From contig CATLBG010000003.1 in assembly GCA_949878595.1 (NCBI GenBank), forward strand, positions 1 through 39,246: 39,246 nt of DNA, written 5' to 3'. The notes beneath the pieces are model-generated. The model did no database searches and was not told the origin of the DNA. It worked only from the letters and a program-made list of their open reading frames with translations. Of the stretch, positions 27,691 to 37,183 are shown piece after piece; positions within the stretch are counted from its first letter, which is position 1; the number at the start of each line of letters is the position of its first letter. Origin of the DNA: an uncultured Clostridia bacterium. GTDB lineage: Bacteria; Bacillota; Clostridia; Christensenellales; UBA1242. The position numbers were made by a program, and so were the translations under genes.

Positions 27691-28584
27691 TTATTTTTCA
27701 TCTGAACCATCAGTTTTGTTTTCTTTTAATGATTTGATGAGTGCTTCAAGTTCTGCAATCTCTTCATCATATCTTGCAATTTCTTGTTTTAAGTATTTTG
27801 CAACTGATTTATTTTGAGAATGTTTTGCCTTGTTGCTTTCAATATATTCTTCTGCATCTTGAATGCTAGCTTTAAGTTCTGCAATATGAGCAGTAAGCTC
27901 TTCTTGTTTTACTTTCTTTTCTTCATCAACATTTTTGATATCTGTTACTGAATACATAAGAAGGTTAAGATTTGTAAGTTCACCTGCTCTTCTATCAAGC
28001 ATTCTTTGGTTTCTATCTTTTCTTCTGATTGTTCTATCATATTTCAAGATAGCTTTGTTTGTTTTATCTAAGTCTCTGCTTAACTTATTTCTACTCTTTT
28101 TTACTTTTTCAAGTCTTGTTTCATAGTCAATTAATGTTCCTGGAGTGATTGGCATGTGTGCAACAAGTTCTTCTGAATCATCATCTGCTTCTGGCTCTTC
28201 TGTTTTTGCATCTTCAACAATAGTTTCAATAACTTCTTCTTGAACTGGTTCTTCAACTACCTCTTCTTTAACTTCTTCAGTAACTTCCTCTTGTGCTGGT
28301 TCTTCAACTATCTCTTCAACTACTTCTTCTTTAACTTCTTCAGCTTCGCCTTCTGTAAGTTTGTCTAGTTCTGCAAGCATATCACTTACACTTTCTGATT
28401 GTTCCTTTTCTGAATTTTCATTAATGGTTATTTCAAATACATTTTTAACCTCTTTAACTGAATCTTCTGGTTGTTCGTTTGATGCTCTGCAAATTTCAAT
28501 GATGAATGCAATCATAAATCCAATTGCCATAACACCTAAAACACCAATAAGCGAGATTAGAACGATTTGTGTTGTTGTTAACAT
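27691..28584 (-). CDS. membrane-anchored acidic-linker/coiled-coil protein
   Basis: N-terminal TM, EEVKEEVVEE repeats, long coiled coil; SD AGGGGG before ATG 28584. Confidence 0.7.
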   Translation of the reverse strand: MLTTTQIVLISLIGVLGVMAIGFMIAFIIEICRASNEQPEDSVKEVKNVFEITINENSEKEQSESVSDMLAELDKLTEGEAEEVKEEVVEEIVEEPAQEEVTEEVKEEVVEEPVQEEVIETIVEDAKTEEPEADDDSEELVAHMPITPGTLIDYETRLEKVKKSRNKLSRDLDKTNKAILKYDRTIRRKDRNQRMLDRRAGELTNLNLLMYSVTDIKNVDEEKKVKQEELTAHIAELKASIQDAEEYIESNKAKHSQNKSVAKYLKQEIARYDEEIAELEALIKSLKENKTDGSDEK

Positions 28585-28871
28585 ATAAATTTTCCCCCTT
28601 TGTTTTTTCAATTGTTAAATGTAAGAAAATTAACATTGATGTTTGTTTTTTTACATTTTTATATGTAAATTTTGTTTACATGGTTATATTAACATAAAAA
28701 TATTTGTTTGTCAATAGCATTTTTTAAAATTTTTTGAAAAATTATGACGAACCAAACAAACACATATATAAAATTTTAAGTTATAAGTAAATAACTTTGA
28801 TGTTTTAAAGTTATAACCAACAAAAACTTATTAATGTAAGTCTACTATTTTTATATGCAATTAGGAATCAT

Positions 28872-28900
28872 TTGACAACTATTTTTCTGTTAAATATAAT
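28872..28900 (+). promoter_or_regulatory. consensus promoter placed for a leaderless yjjG-pnuC mRNA
   Basis: TTGACA-17-TATAAT, then 6 nt, then in-frame ATG at 28907. Confidence 0.7.
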
Positions 28901-28906
28901 ATGTTT

Positions 28907-29608
28907 ATGGATAATAATATATGTAAAAGTAAATATAAATATTTGTTTTTTGACTTAGATGGAACTCTTCTTGATTTTAATAAGGACCATGAGAAGGCCT
29001 TTAATTTAGCTGCAAAAAAATTAAACATTAAAATAAAAGGTTCCTATAAAATTTACGATAAAATTAATTCTATGCTATGGAACAAACATGCACTTGGTGA
29101 AATAGAAATAAAAGAACTCAAATTAAAAAGATTTCAAATGTTTTTTGAAGAAATTAATTGTGAATCTGACCCAGCAGAATTTAAAAGTCTTATGACTAGT
29201 GAAATGAAAAACACAGGGTTTCCCATTAAAGATGCAAAACATATTTTGAAAAAGCTATGTAAAAAATATAAAATTTATGCCATAACTAACGGCATAGAAG
29301 AAGAACAATGTCATAGGCTGAAAAATGCAAAAATTGATTGCTATTTTTCTGATGTATTTATATCTCAAACTCTTGGAGTTGATAAGCCAAAAAAAGAATT
29401 TTTTGATAAAGTTTTAAATGCCATTAATTTAAACTCAACTGAAAATATCTTAATAATTGGTGACAGCTTAAAGTCAGACATTTTGGGTGGAATAAATTCT
29501 GGAATTGACACCTGTTGGTTTAACCTAAAAAATGAAAGAAATGACAGTAATATCAAACCAACATATGAGGTTGGAAGCCTAAAAGAAGTTTTAAAGTTAT
29601 TGGAGTAA
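28907..29608 (+). CDS. YjjG-family HAD nucleotidase
   Basis: FDLDGTLLDF, ITNG, KP, IGDSLKSDI..G..SGIDTCWFN. Confidence 0.9.
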   Translation: MDNNICKSKYKYLFFDLDGTLLDFNKDHEKAFNLAAKKLNIKIKGSYKIYDKINSMLWNKHALGEIEIKELKLKRFQMFFEEINCESDPAEFKSLMTSEMKNTGFPIKDAKHILKKLCKKYKIYAITNGIEEEQCHRLKNAKIDCYFSDVFISQTLGVDKPKKEFFDKVLNAINLNSTENILIIGDSLKSDILGGINSGIDTCWFNLKNERNDSNIKPTYEVGSLKEVLKLLE

Positions 29609-29613
29609 AATAA

Positions 29614-30354
29614 ATGAAGTTAAATAAAAGCTTTTTTAAAGAAAATTGGTATTATATTGTTATTTCTATAATTGGACTTACAATTATTTTAACCAACCGA
29701 ATAATAACAGGCTTTGATGGGATTATGGTGCTATCTGATTTAGCATCGATATTTGCAATTGGCTATATCATTTTTAATTCTAAAAATAGTGTTTGGGGAT
29801 TGGCATTTAATATTGTTTCTACAATATTTGTGGCAATAACCTCATTCTATCAACACATTTGGCTCAATGGTGCAATTTGCGTTTGTATTAACATTCCTAT
29901 GTTTATCTTTGGGATAATTACCTGGAAAAAGAAGCTTGCAAAACAATCTAGCAAAATTAGAATAAATAGACTTTCTAAAAGAAATCTTGCACTTGTCTTT
30001 TTGGGATATGCTGCTGTTTCAGTTGGATTTTTATTTGCACTAAGGGCACTTGGCGGCAATATATATTATTTAGATGCAATTTATTCTGCTGGATCAGTTA
30101 TTGGTGTAATCCTCTGCTCTTATGCTTTCATTGACCAATTTTATATTTTTTATATAGCAAATCTAGCTGGGATTTCTATGTATTCTATTTTATGCTTTCA
30201 AAACCTCAACAACTTGCCACTTCTTTTTATGAATATTATGTTTATGGCAGGTGCAATAATTGGAAATATTAACTGGGTTAGACTTTCAAGACAAGATAAA
30301 GAAAATAAAACAGAAGAACAGTCAAGCAATAGTGAGGAAGTTTCAGCGGAATAG
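29614..30354 (+). CDS. PnuC-family (nicotinamide riboside/vitamin) transporter
   Basis: Multiple TM helices; GIITWKK, YYLDA, GNINW pattern; follows a nucleotidase. Confidence 0.75.
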   Translation: MKLNKSFFKENWYYIVISIIGLTIILTNRIITGFDGIMVLSDLASIFAIGYIIFNSKNSVWGLAFNIVSTIFVAITSFYQHIWLNGAICVCINIPMFIFGIITWKKKLAKQSSKIRINRLSKRNLALVFLGYAAVSVGFLFALRALGGNIYYLDAIYSAGSVIGVILCSYAFIDQFYIFYIANLAGISMYSILCFQNLNNLPLLFMNIMFMAGAIIGNINWVRLSRQDKENKTEEQSSNSEEVSAE

Positions 30355-30392
30355 ATTCTTTAACGACGCAAGCAAGCTTATTGCTCAGAATT
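30346..30392 (+). repeat. REP-like copy overlapping the pnuC stop codon
   Basis: GCGGAATAGATTCTTtaACGACGC...TGCTCAGAAT matches the reverse complement of 37353-37401. Confidence 0.7.
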
Positions 30393-30504
30393 AAAATAAA
30401 TAAAAATAAATGAAAAACGAAACACTAAAAAAATCTCCACACAGGACTATATATCTGTGAGGAGATTTTTTATTAAATATAATAAAAATTATTTTATTGT
30501 TCTA

Positions 30505-31614
30505 TTATTTCTTAACGCCAAGTTTGATGCTTTCCCATGGGAAAATGTTTCTGCCAAAGTGACCAAAGCATGCAGTTTGCTTGTAGATTGGGCGAAGAAG
30601 GTCAAGCTCATTTATCATGTTGCTAAGCTTAAAGTTGAAATTGCTACGAACAAACTCCATGATTTCATGCTCACTAACTTTGTTTGTGCCAAAAGTTTCA
30701 ACTGCGATACTGATTGGTTCTGCTAAGCCTATTGCGAAGCCAACTTGAATTTCACACTTATCAGCAAGGCCATGAGCAACAATATTCTTTGCAACATAAC
30801 GAGCATAATATGCACCACTTCTATCAACCTTAGTTGCATTTTTTGAGCTGAAGCAACCACCACCAACTCTGCCAATGCCACCATAGGTGTCTACAATAAT
30901 CTTTCTTCCAACACAGCCACTATCACCATAACTTCCCCAAATAGTAAACCTTCCGCTAGTATTAATTAAAAGTTTAATGTTCCCTTTATTGAACTCAGAA
31001 TATTCAGCTATAACCTTATCTATAACTTCTGCTTTTATTGTTTTGCTTATTTCTTCATTAGTTAAACTCTCACTATGTGAAACACTGATAAGAATCATTT
31101 CAATTGCCTGAGGCTTTCCATCTTCATAACTAACCGATACTTCACTCTTTGCGTCTGAATAATAACAATTGGTTGTTCTTCTAAAAACATCATAAACCTT
31201 CATAAGTTTGTGTGCAACTATGATTGGAAGTGGCATATATTCTTTGGTTTCATTGCTCGCATAACCATAAACAATACCTTGGTCATTTGCTCCAAGTTCT
31301 ACTTGATTTCCTTTAACAACTGCTTGATTGATGTCTGGACTTTGAATTGAAATTTCTTTTATAATTTGAAATTCATTTGGATTGTATCCAACATCTGCTA
31401 AAACTTCTTTTGCAATTTTGTCATAGTCTATTTTTGCTGTGGTGGTTGATTCACCATATATAAACAGCTTGTTATTTTTGATTGCACATTCCACTGCCAT
31501 TTGAGCATTTTTATCTTGACGAATAGCTTCATCTAAAAAAGCATCTGCAATAGTGTCGCAGGTCTTGTCTGGGTGCCCTATATTTACGGACTCACTTGTT
31601 ATTATTGTTTTCAT
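30505..31614 (-). CDS. metK: S-adenosylmethionine synthetase
   Basis: TSESV..GHPDK, QSPDI, DQG, GRKIIVDTYGG, KVDRS, GHFGR; upstream SAM riboswitch. Confidence 0.95.
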   Translation of the reverse strand: MKTIITSESVNIGHPDKTCDTIADAFLDEAIRQDKNAQMAVECAIKNNKLFIYGESTTTAKIDYDKIAKEVLADVGYNPNEFQIIKEISIQSPDINQAVVKGNQVELGANDQGIVYGYASNETKEYMPLPIIVAHKLMKVYDVFRRTTNCYYSDAKSEVSVSYEDGKPQAIEMILISVSHSESLTNEEISKTIKAEVIDKVIAEYSEFNKGNIKLLINTSGRFTIWGSYGDSGCVGRKIIVDTYGGIGRVGGGCFSSKNATKVDRSGAYYARYVAKNIVAHGLADKCEIQVGFAIGLAEPISIAVETFGTNKVSEHEIMEFVRSNFNFKLSNMINELDLLRPIYKQTACFGHFGRNIFPWESIKLGVKK

Positions 31615-31654
31615 TCTTCCCTCGTTTATTATTATTTCCATAAATTATTTAAAT

Positions 31655-31782
31655 AAAAAAATCCCATAAAATGGGATTTCAAATTTTACTATTATCCCAT
31701 AGTTTTCAGCCATTAGCACCTTGCTAAAAAACAGGTTGCTGTGTGGTCTACAGGGCTGTCCCTCGCACACTCTTTATGGATA
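31655..31782 (-). ncRNA. SAM-I (S-box) riboswitch with terminator expression platform
   Basis: Minus strand CCATAAAGAG-TGTG-CGAGGGACAGCCC...CACAC-AGCAACC...GGTGCTAA...TATGG; terminator AAATCCCAT-TTT-ATGGGATTTTTTT whose 5' arm can pair with the P1 3' strand. Confidence 0.92.
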
Positions 31783-31787
31783 TTTGT

Positions 31788-31816
31788 ATTATATCACACT
31801 AGCTATATTTGTCAAT
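31788..31816 (-). promoter_or_regulatory. metK promoter
   Basis: TTGACA-17-TATAAT with extended TG. Confidence 0.85.
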
Positions 31817-31952
31817 TGTTTTTGTATGTTTTTATCTAATGAATATAAATTAGCTTAAAACCCTATTAAATGAAATTCGTTAAACTCAGTTTTGCATGCA
31901 GAATTTTAAATAACAAACAATAAAAGTCATCTATAATTTATTTTTTTGATAG

Positions 31953-32012
31953 AAAACGCATTTTTAGGTGTAATGTGACGCATAATACCCGTAATTTACT
32001 GTATTTATGAGG
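31953..32012 (+). repeat. dispersed intergenic element, copy B
   Basis: AAAACGCATTTTTAGGTGTAATGTGACGCATAATACCCGTAATTTACTGTATTTATGAGG. Confidence 0.65.
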
Positions 32013-32028
32013 ATTTTATTCGTTAAAT

Positions 32029-32054
32029 AAAAAATGGGAATAATTCCCATTTTT
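32029..32054. terminator. intrinsic terminator
   Basis: AAAAATGGGAAT-A-ATTCCCATTTTT. Confidence 0.8.
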
Positions 32055-32066
32055 AAAATTTTATTA

Positions 32067-32666
32067 TTATTTTTCATATTCTGAAGAATAGACTGGTTGA
32101 TTTTCTATTGTCTTTTTGAATTTATCTGCAAGTGCTGCCAGCTCATGATCTGAAAATAGACTTGCAATATATTCTTCATCAGTGCTTGCAAATTGTTTAA
32201 CCTTGCCTGTTTTATGAGCCATAAACATTAGATATAATAGAAAACGATTTTCTTCAACAAAGTTAATAATTTCAGCACTTTGAATATCATTAAGTTTTGC
32301 CTCTCTCTTTTGTTCTCTATAGCTTACAACTAATCCATTATTGATGCTAGTTTTTAGATTGATTGCTGGGCTTCTTGTTCCGCTAACTTTTTGAAATCCA
32401 TCTGCCCTCCAAACATGGAAATGTGCTGGAGCATCTCTGTGATTGTCTAACTCAACAATATAATTATCATATTTAATTTGCGGAATTGTAATCTTATTCC
32501 AAACACGTGGCCCAATTTGTTTATCTTCTGCTGGTCTCTCTAAACTAACTTTAAAGTAGGCACTACCATAGTTTGGTTTTTCTTTATTTCTGTTTCTAAC
32601 TCTGTATGGTGAATTGTATGCACCATTTACTGCTCTTTTGTTTTTGCATTGAAAATATCTTTTCAT
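32067..32666 (-). CDS. hypothetical protein with a DUF4160-like HxxxPxHFHV motif
   Basis: DNHRDAPAHFHVW...EIINFVEENRFLL; SD GGGAGAGG; promoter TTGAAA-17-TATAAT at 32725-32697. Confidence 0.55.
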   Translation of the reverse strand: MKRYFQCKNKRAVNGAYNSPYRVRNRNKEKPNYGSAYFKVSLERPAEDKQIGPRVWNKITIPQIKYDNYIVELDNHRDAPAHFHVWRADGFQKVSGTRSPAINLKTSINNGLVVSYREQKREAKLNDIQSAEIINFVEENRFLLYLMFMAHKTGKVKQFASTDEEYIASLFSDHELAALADKFKKTIENQPVYSSEYEK

Positions 32667-32809
32667 AAACACCTCTCCCTTAGGTTAATTTTTTCTATTA
32701 TAACATATAAAAACCAGTTTTTCAAGACTGGTTTTAAATTTTTTATTTTTATTTACATTGAAATTTTAAGAGGTTTTGATTGTTTAAACAAGTACAAATG
32801 AAAATCTAA

Positions 32810-33559
32810 TTATAAATCGATATTAAGAACTACTGGAGCATGGTCACTTCCAAGAACATCTGTTAAAATATCTGCATCTATAACTTTGCTTTTTATATCA
32901 TCTGAAACCAAAAAATAATCTATACGCCAACCAGAGTTATTTGCCCTTGCATTAAAGCGATAACTCCACCAAGAATATAAAATCTTGTCTGGATATTTTA
33001 ACCTGAAGGTATCTACCATGCCGCTATCAAGCAGTTCAGAGAATTTACCTCGTTCTTCTTTTGTGAATCCAGCATTTTTTGTATTGCTCTTAGGATTTTT
33101 CAAATCAATCTCTGTATGAGCAACATTGAGATCTCCCGTATAAACAACTGGCTTTTTGTTTTTCAGCCTTGTTAAGTATTCTCTAACTGAATCTTCATAT
33201 ATCATGCGATAATCAAGTCTTCTTAGATCTTCTTGTGAATTTGGAACATAGGCACACACAAAGTAAAAGTTTTCAAACTCTAGTGTAATCACTCTGCCCT
33301 CATCATTATATTTGCCATCAATTCCATAAGTCACAGAAAGAGGTTCTTTTTTTGAATAGACTAATGTGCCTGCATAACCTTTTTTTTCTGCACTGCTCAT
33401 AAACCTATAATAACCTGGTTTTTCAAGGTCTGCCTGACCCTCTTGCATCTTAGTTTCTTGAACACAGAGGATATCTGCATTTTCTCTATCAAAAAATTCA
33501 TTAAAGCCCTTGCCTATGCAAGCTCTGATTCCATTTACATTCCAACTAATAAATTTCAT
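32810..33559 (-). CDS. xth: exodeoxyribonuclease III / AP endonuclease
   Basis: SWNVNGIRA, QETK, GDLNVAH, GWRIDYF, GSDHAP. Confidence 0.96.
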   Translation of the reverse strand: MKFISWNVNGIRACIGKGFNEFFDRENADILCVQETKMQEGQADLEKPGYYRFMSSAEKKGYAGTLVYSKKEPLSVTYGIDGKYNDEGRVITLEFENFYFVCAYVPNSQEDLRRLDYRMIYEDSVREYLTRLKNKKPVVYTGDLNVAHTEIDLKNPKSNTKNAGFTKEERGKFSELLDSGMVDTFRLKYPDKILYSWWSYRFNARANNSGWRIDYFLVSDDIKSKVIDADILTDVLGSDHAPVVLNIDL

Positions 33560-33712
33560 GTTTATTTTCCTTTTCTTTTGATATTTTTATTATATCAAAT
33601 GGAAAATCTTTTTCATAACATTTTTGTGAATTTTAAGCTTTTTGAGCTATTTTTAAAAATTTTGTAGCTTTTATCTAAATTTTTCATAAGTTGGCTTAAT
33701 TGCACTCCCCAT

Positions 33713-33741
33713 TTGACAAAATAGCAAAAATCATATATAAT
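33713..33741 (+). promoter_or_regulatory. glgB-glgA promoter
   Basis: TTGACA-17-TATAAT. Confidence 0.8.
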
Positions 33742-33785
33742 TAATAATATATAATAGCGAAAGGAGCATTATTTTATTTACTATT

Positions 33786-35675
33786 ATGAATATCGCAGAT
33801 CGATTGTCCGCTATTAAAAACGGACAAGACTTTAAACTATATGAATACCTTGGCAGTCACATTGCAACAAAAAATGGCAAACAAGGAGTTTATTTTAGAA
33901 CTTATGCACCAAATGCAAAAGACATTTTTGTTGTTGGTGATTTTAATGACTGGGATAAGGAAGCCAATCCACTCAAAAGGGTAAAAGATTCTGCTGTTTG
34001 GGAAGCCTTTGTTCCGTCAGCTAAGAAAAATCAAAAGTATAAATATTTAATAATAGATGACCAAGACAGGGAGACACTTAAGTCTGACCCTTTTGCTTTT
34101 TATGAGCAAAACTATGAAAATGATGAGGATTTTGCCTCTTATATTTATGACATTGATGGCTATAAATGGAATGATAAGAAGTATTTTGATAACTTTGAAA
34201 CAAAAAATCACCTCACCACACCTATGAATATTTATGAAGTTTGTCTTTTGTCTTGGAAAAGACATGCCGATGGAAGTTATTACACTTACAGAGAACTAGC
34301 ATCTTCTCTTATTCCTTATTGCAAAAAAATGGGTTATACACACATTGAACTTTTGCCACTTTCTGAATTTGCCCTTGACATTTCTTGGGGCTATCAGGTA
34401 ATGGGTTATTATGCCGTGACAAGCAGATATGGCAAACCAAAGGACCTTATGTATTTTGTGGATAAGTGTCATGAAGCTGGAATTGGCGTAATTTTAGACT
34501 GGGTTCCTGCACACTTTGACTATCATGAATTTGGTCTTATGGATTATGATGGCTCTAGCCTTTATGAAAGTGACAAGTGGGACAGAAAATTTCAACTTGC
34601 TTGGAGCACAAGAATTTTTGACTATGAAGACCCTTATGTTGTTGGTTTTTTGATTTCAAGTGCCCTATTTTATCTCAGAAAATATCACTTCGATGGAATT
34701 AGAGTTGATGCAGTGGTTTCTATACTTTATCTTGATTTTTGCAGAAATCCTGATGAATGGATTCCTAATGTTGCAGGAAATAATATCAACTATGCTGGCG
34801 TTGAATTTTTGAAAAATCTTAACAATTCTATTTTTGGAGAATTCCCTAATGCAATTATGGTTGCTGAGGAAGTTTCTTCTTGGCCAATGGTAACTAGACC
34901 TACAACTTCTGGAGGTCTTGGATTTAACTTTAAGTGGAATGTTGGTTGGATTAATGATATTTGGGAATACACTTCAATGGATCCATATTTTAGAAAATAT
35001 CATCACAAAATTTTGACCCATACGATTGATTATGCATTTGATGAGAACTTTATTTTGCCAATTGATCACGATGAAGTTGGAAATGGTAGACATTCACTAA
35101 TCAATAAAATGAATGGTGATATGAAAACCAAAATTGACCTTTGCCGTGCATTTTATCTTTATATGTTTATGCACCCTGGCAAAAAGCTTTCATTTATGGG
35201 AAGCGAGTTTGGTCAAATTGCTGAATGGTCTTATAAAGAACCAATTTCGTTTAACTTGCTAAAAACAAAAAAATATAAAAAATTTAGCAAGTTTGTTATG
35301 ACGCTTAACAAACTATATAAACATACACCAGAAATGTATGAAATCGATTTTGACAAGAGAGGATTTCAATGGATGGTGGCTGATGACAATTCTAGATGTG
35401 TTTGTGCATTTAAAAGATACTCTGAGTCTGGAAGCTATATTATTTGTGTTTGTAACTTTTCTCCAGACCTGCATGAGGACTATGTGCTTGGCGTTGATGA
35501 ACCAGGTTGCTATGAAGAAATTTTTTCTAGTGATGATGAAGTTTTTGGTGGAGCTGGAAAACGCAACGAACTTATGTATTCTTCTATCATGAATAAGCAT
35601 GGAAAAACAAATGCTATTAGAATTGATATTCCTGCAAACACAACTTTATTAATTAAAAAAGTGGAGAAAGATTAA
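33786..35675 (+). CDS. glgB: 1,4-alpha-glucan branching enzyme (GH13)
   Basis: VGDFNDW, SWGYQ, DWVPAHF, DGIRVDAV, AEE and HDEV motifs. Confidence 0.95.
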   Translation: MNIADRLSAIKNGQDFKLYEYLGSHIATKNGKQGVYFRTYAPNAKDIFVVGDFNDWDKEANPLKRVKDSAVWEAFVPSAKKNQKYKYLIIDDQDRETLKSDPFAFYEQNYENDEDFASYIYDIDGYKWNDKKYFDNFETKNHLTTPMNIYEVCLLSWKRHADGSYYTYRELASSLIPYCKKMGYTHIELLPLSEFALDISWGYQVMGYYAVTSRYGKPKDLMYFVDKCHEAGIGVILDWVPAHFDYHEFGLMDYDGSSLYESDKWDRKFQLAWSTRIFDYEDPYVVGFLISSALFYLRKYHFDGIRVDAVVSILYLDFCRNPDEWIPNVAGNNINYAGVEFLKNLNNSIFGEFPNAIMVAEEVSSWPMVTRPTTSGGLGFNFKWNVGWINDIWEYTSMDPYFRKYHHKILTHTIDYAFDENFILPIDHDEVGNGRHSLINKMNGDMKTKIDLCRAFYLYMFMHPGKKLSFMGSEFGQIAEWSYKEPISFNLLKTKKYKKFSKFVMTLNKLYKHTPEMYEIDFDKRGFQWMVADDNSRCVCAFKRYSESGSYIICVCNFSPDLHEDYVLGVDEPGCYEEIFSSDDEVFGGAGKRNELMYSSIMNKHGKTNAIRIDIPANTTLLIKKVEKD

Positions 35676-35676
35676 T

Positions 35677-37116
35677 ATGGACGAACCCAAACAAAAATTT
35701 AATGTGTTATTTGTAAGTGCTGAATGCGTTCCATTTTGTGCAAGAGGCGGCGTGGCTGATATGTGTTATGCCCTGCCAAAATATTTAAATAAGAATGACG
35801 ACCTTGATGTTAGGGTTGTGCTTCCTATGTATTCAAAAATTCCTACAGAATATAGTGAAAACTTTAAACTTGTTGGCGAGCGAACAGTGGAGCTAACTTG
35901 GAGAAATGAATATTGTGGAGTGCTTGAATATGAATATAAAGGTATAACCTATTACTTTATTGACAACAAACGTTATTTTGACAGACCAGAACTTTTTGGA
36001 TATGGTGATGATGTTGAAAGGTTTAGCTTCTTTAGCAAAGCAGTGCTTGATATGTTGCCAATGATTAATTTTTTCCCTGATGTTATACACACAAATGACT
36101 GGCAGTCTGGCATGGTTTGCACATTCTTAAAAGTTCTTGAATGGCAAAACCCAAAATATGAACATATCAAAACAGTGCTTAGCATTCACAATTTAAACTA
36201 TCAAGGCAAGGCAGACTTTAAAGTGGTTCACGACCTACTTGGAGTTGATGATAAGTTTGCATATTTATTTGATTATTATGGTGGTGCGAACCTCATGAAA
36301 GCTAGCATTCTTTGTGCAGATCAAGTTGTGGCTGTTAGCGAAACATATGCAAGTGAAATTCAAAACACAGATAAAGGCTCAGGTCTTCAAGGAGTGCTTC
36401 AGTCTGTGAATCATAAGGTTTCTGGAATAATAAATGGAATTGACTATGAGTATTATAATCCTGAGGCTGACACTGATATTTTTGCAAACTTTTCTGCAAA
36501 TGAAATTGAAAAAAGAACTGAAAACAAACTTAAGCTTCAAGAACTTGTAGGGCTTCCTGTTGATGAAAATATTCCTCTTTATGGTTATGTTGGATATATG
36601 GCTGCACATAAAGGTATGGAACTTTTGACGCAAGTTTTAGATAGACTTATAACAGAAAAAAACGCTCAATTTGTTGCAGTTGGTGGTGGACCAGCTGAGT
36701 ATGAAAACTTCATGAGAAGACTTAACGAAATATATCCAAACAATGTTAAGGTTTCATTTGGATATGACAACAAACTAGCTAAAAAGATTTATGCTGGAAC
36801 TGACTTTTTGTTTAATGTTGCAAGCATAGAACCTTGTGGTCTTTGCCCTCTTATTGCAAACAGATATGGCTCACTTCCAATCGTTTATCAAACTGGTGGA
36901 CTTAAAGATAATTTTTCTGACTTTAAATATACTAATGGAAATGGATATGTCCTTAAAAATTATGATGCAAATTCTCTTATGGACCTCATTGAAAGAACAC
37001 TCCATGACTTTGAAAATAAAGAAAAAATTAATGATTATAGAATCACTGGTATGGCACAAGATTTTGACATTCAAGAGTGTGCAAACAAATATACTGAACT
37101 TTATTATGAAATGTAA
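35677..37116 (+). CDS. glgA: glycogen synthase family (GT5) protein with atypical donor-binding motifs
   Basis: HTNDWQS, SIHNLNYQG, GIINGID, EPCGL, TGGLKD; but ARGG replaces KTGG. Confidence 0.88.
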   Translation: MDEPKQKFNVLFVSAECVPFCARGGVADMCYALPKYLNKNDDLDVRVVLPMYSKIPTEYSENFKLVGERTVELTWRNEYCGVLEYEYKGITYYFIDNKRYFDRPELFGYGDDVERFSFFSKAVLDMLPMINFFPDVIHTNDWQSGMVCTFLKVLEWQNPKYEHIKTVLSIHNLNYQGKADFKVVHDLLGVDDKFAYLFDYYGGANLMKASILCADQVVAVSETYASEIQNTDKGSGLQGVLQSVNHKVSGIINGIDYEYYNPEADTDIFANFSANEIEKRTENKLKLQELVGLPVDENIPLYGYVGYMAAHKGMELLTQVLDRLITEKNAQFVAVGGGPAEYENFMRRLNEIYPNNVKVSFGYDNKLAKKIYAGTDFLFNVASIEPCGLCPLIANRYGSLPIVYQTGGLKDNFSDFKYTNGNGYVLKNYDANSLMDLIERTLHDFENKEKINDYRITGMAQDFDIQECANKYTELYYEM

Positions 37117-37130
37117 TTTAAGAATAAATA

Positions 37131-37161
37131 AAACACTTTGCAAGAAATGCAAAGTGTTTTT
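37131..37161. terminator. intrinsic terminator
   Basis: AAACACTTTGCA-AGAAA-TGCAAAGTGTTTTT. Confidence 0.85.
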
Positions 37162-37183
37162 GTTTTGAATTTTTGTATTGCTA

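Noticed and set aside
28612-28700. TGTWA...TWACA palindromes as cre or Rex operators
   Set aside because: Lack the central CG of cre and the TTGTGAA half-site of Rex; short AT palindromes are expected by chance
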